Virus record (IMG/VR): IMGVR_UViG_3300037423_000659
Coordinates: 1-33,045 of that record
DNA from: a virus
Lineage: Duplodnaviria > Caudoviricetes
Length of the DNA: 33,045 nucleotides
Direction: 5' to 3' (one strand)
Shown: in pieces, positions 32,981 to 33,045 of the stretch
Position numbering within the stretch: the stretch's first letter is position 1
Layout: each line of letters begins with the position of its first letter
Notes under the pieces: model-generated
Seen by the model: only the letters and a program-made list of their open reading frames with translations
What the model was told of the DNA's origin: nothing
The model's database searches: none
Made by a program: the position numbers and the translations under genes

Positions 32981-33045
32981 ATGTCTGAAACCGATAGCCC
33001 CGTACAGGGGTCCGGCAATGATACCGCATTGACTATTGATGCCGG
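32981..33045 (+). CDS. probable scaffolding protein, N-terminus (truncated by window)
   Basis: MSETDSPVQGSGNDTALTIDA...; assignment from position only. Confidence 0.4.
   Translation, partial: MSETDSPVQGSGNDTALTIDA

Overview
This window is the central ~33 kb of a temperate, lambdoid-organised phage or prophage, most likely of a Rhizobiaceae/alphaproteobacterial host (inferred from gene content; no integrase, att site or host genes are visible). The left arm (minus strand, 43-13285) is the early-left operon: many short accessory ORFs, two HNH proteins, a RecT-like/RecE(ExoVIII)-like recombination pair, a Lar-like protein, an XRE regulator, and a DUF6745-like protein containing 25 x 12-bp tandem repeats next to a small His-motif partner. 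The immunity region has a 434/16-3-like CI repressor (14007-14702) and Cro (14788-15045) with five ACAA-N6-TTGT-type operators spaced exactly 24 bp apart within each cluster. The early-right operon begins cro-RNase HI and continues through a LexA-type HTH, a GapR-like/RMF-like fusion, RuvC, two DNA methyltransferases, a divergent DnaB helicase and a DnaA-domain-IV-like protein. I can see no O/Rep-type initiator, iteron origin or primase. A tRNA-Met(CAT), small membrane proteins, an RcGTA-like head-spike base protein, an orphan BrnA-like antitoxin and P22-like terminase/portal genes follow. The most intriguing feature is a ~500-nt ORF-poor, hairpin-rich segment (13450-14000) between PL and the 3' end of cI, with a possible short antisense counter-transcript. 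Together with the phage RNase HI and the missing initiator, it suggests (as a hypothesis) an RNA-primed, ColE1-like/R-loop replication origin. Family calls are by motif recognition only; no searches were run.
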